Shown here: piece after piece, positions 63,091 through 64,000 of the stretch
How the letters are laid out: every line of letters begins with the position of its first letter
Position numbering within the stretch: the first letter of the stretch is position 1
NCBI RefSeq assembly: GCF_006345805.1
Contig: NC_042997.1
Location: 146,878,001 to 146,942,000, forward strand
Source: Octopus sinensis
Taxonomy: Eukaryota
Reading direction: 5' to 3'
Length of the DNA stretch: 64,000 nt
Program-made: the position numbers and the translations under genes
The notes under the pieces: model-generated
Seen by the model: only the letters and a program-made list of their open reading frames with translations
Told to the model about the DNA's origin: nothing
The model's database searches: none

Positions 63091-63850
63091 TCTGACCATA
63101 TCTGGCAAAACTGCCCATATATAGGTCCTGTCTATCTTTTATCTCTTGGATCAGTGGCTTCTGTTAAGTTGCCTCCCTCAATATTACATTCCAGCTCAGT
63201 TGAGGGGGTCTTGCCTTGCAAGTTATTTGTTGATCTTACTAGTACTGATGTCATGAGAAAAGTGCACAATGTACTGTGAAGTGGTTGGCATTAACAAGGG
63301 AACCAAACTGAAGAGACTATATCAAAGCAGACATTGGAACACAGAATGGTAAGCAATAGCATGCAAAAAGTCCTGGGGTCCCTTTATCCAATCTCCCAAG
63401 TGTTGGTGCCATGAAAATCACATCAAGTACACTGTAAAATGGTTGGCAAGAGGAAGGGCCACAAGCCATAAAAACTATGACACATGCAAGCTTCAGTCTA
63501 TAGAAGCAATAGCTTCCAATAGGAGGCAACTTGGATTCAAACAACCTGTACCACCCATGCTAGCATGGAAAGCAAACAAAAATATTATGAACTCTTGTAA
63601 CAAAATGAAGTACCATTTTATAATCGAAATATTAATATTTCTAAATCTCTCTAAAGGAGACTACAGTAGCGGTACTGGATATTAATAGTTATCACCAAGC
63701 TAACATGGTAGTCCAGAAAAATAAGACGAATGCTGCCGTTGATTAGCTCCAAGAGGCCATCGCCTCTAGCTAGCTATGTGACACATGAACCTGTGTCCAT
63801 TATAACCTTTGAACAGGGGAGGTCAGCAGCTTCCACTTGCTGATTTGGCA

Positions 63851-63893
63851 TCTACAGACTAGTTTCGGGGTAGTTGCCCCTTATCAGTGTAGA
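63851..63893 (-). ncRNA. Type I minimal hammerhead ribozyme (Penelope/retrozyme type), G8A variant
   Basis: Minus strand reads UCUACA-CUGAUAA-GGGG-caacua-CCCC-GAAA-CUAG-UC-UGUAGA: 6-bp stem I, 4-bp stem II, palindromic ACUAGU stem III, GUC cleavage triplet. Confidence 0.75.
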
Positions 63894-64000
63894 GTAGCTG
63901 AAGCCAGCAGGTGTCGCTACTGACCGTCTGTTCGACGGATTATTCACCTAAATTAAGAAGAATATATCCACTGAATTTAGGTAAATAATTCTTCAAACAG

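Overview
AT-rich, intron-rich animal genomic DNA. The repeat landscape suggests an octopus (inference, not verified): abundant tRNA-derived SINEs, RTE LINEs with (GAT)n tails, and (TA)n/(CA)n microsatellites. I reconstructed three protein-coding genes by hand from GT-AG splice sites with consistent phases. (1) A CYP20A1-like cytochrome P450 on the minus strand: 7 exons from ATG 18126 to 947, continuing off the left edge. (2) A complete CDC37 on the plus strand: 11 exons, 25662-61158, 368 aa, with a 22.1-kb first intron. It lies head-to-head with CYP20 and has a perfect heat-shock element about 400 bp upstream. (3) The Lys-rich terminal exon of an unidentified convergent minus-strand gene (61579-61790). 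Most other ORFs in the track are microsatellite or repeat artefacts. Transposons include two RTE LINEs carrying a C4HC3 PHD finger, a fairly young CR1-like LINE, decayed Jockey-like, RLE-type and Penelope-like fragments, hAT, MULE-like and TTAA MITEs, a Helentron-type element, and a head-to-tail non-autonomous Helitron array. The most interesting signal is a near-perfect Penelope/retrozyme-type minimal hammerhead ribozyme (minus strand, 63851-63893, single G8A change) inside a densely hairpinned segment of about 250 nt. Two more decayed hammerhead-like cores occur elsewhere. There is no CRISPR array, rRNA or genuine tRNA gene. Repeat boundaries are approximate unless TSDs or termini are quoted.
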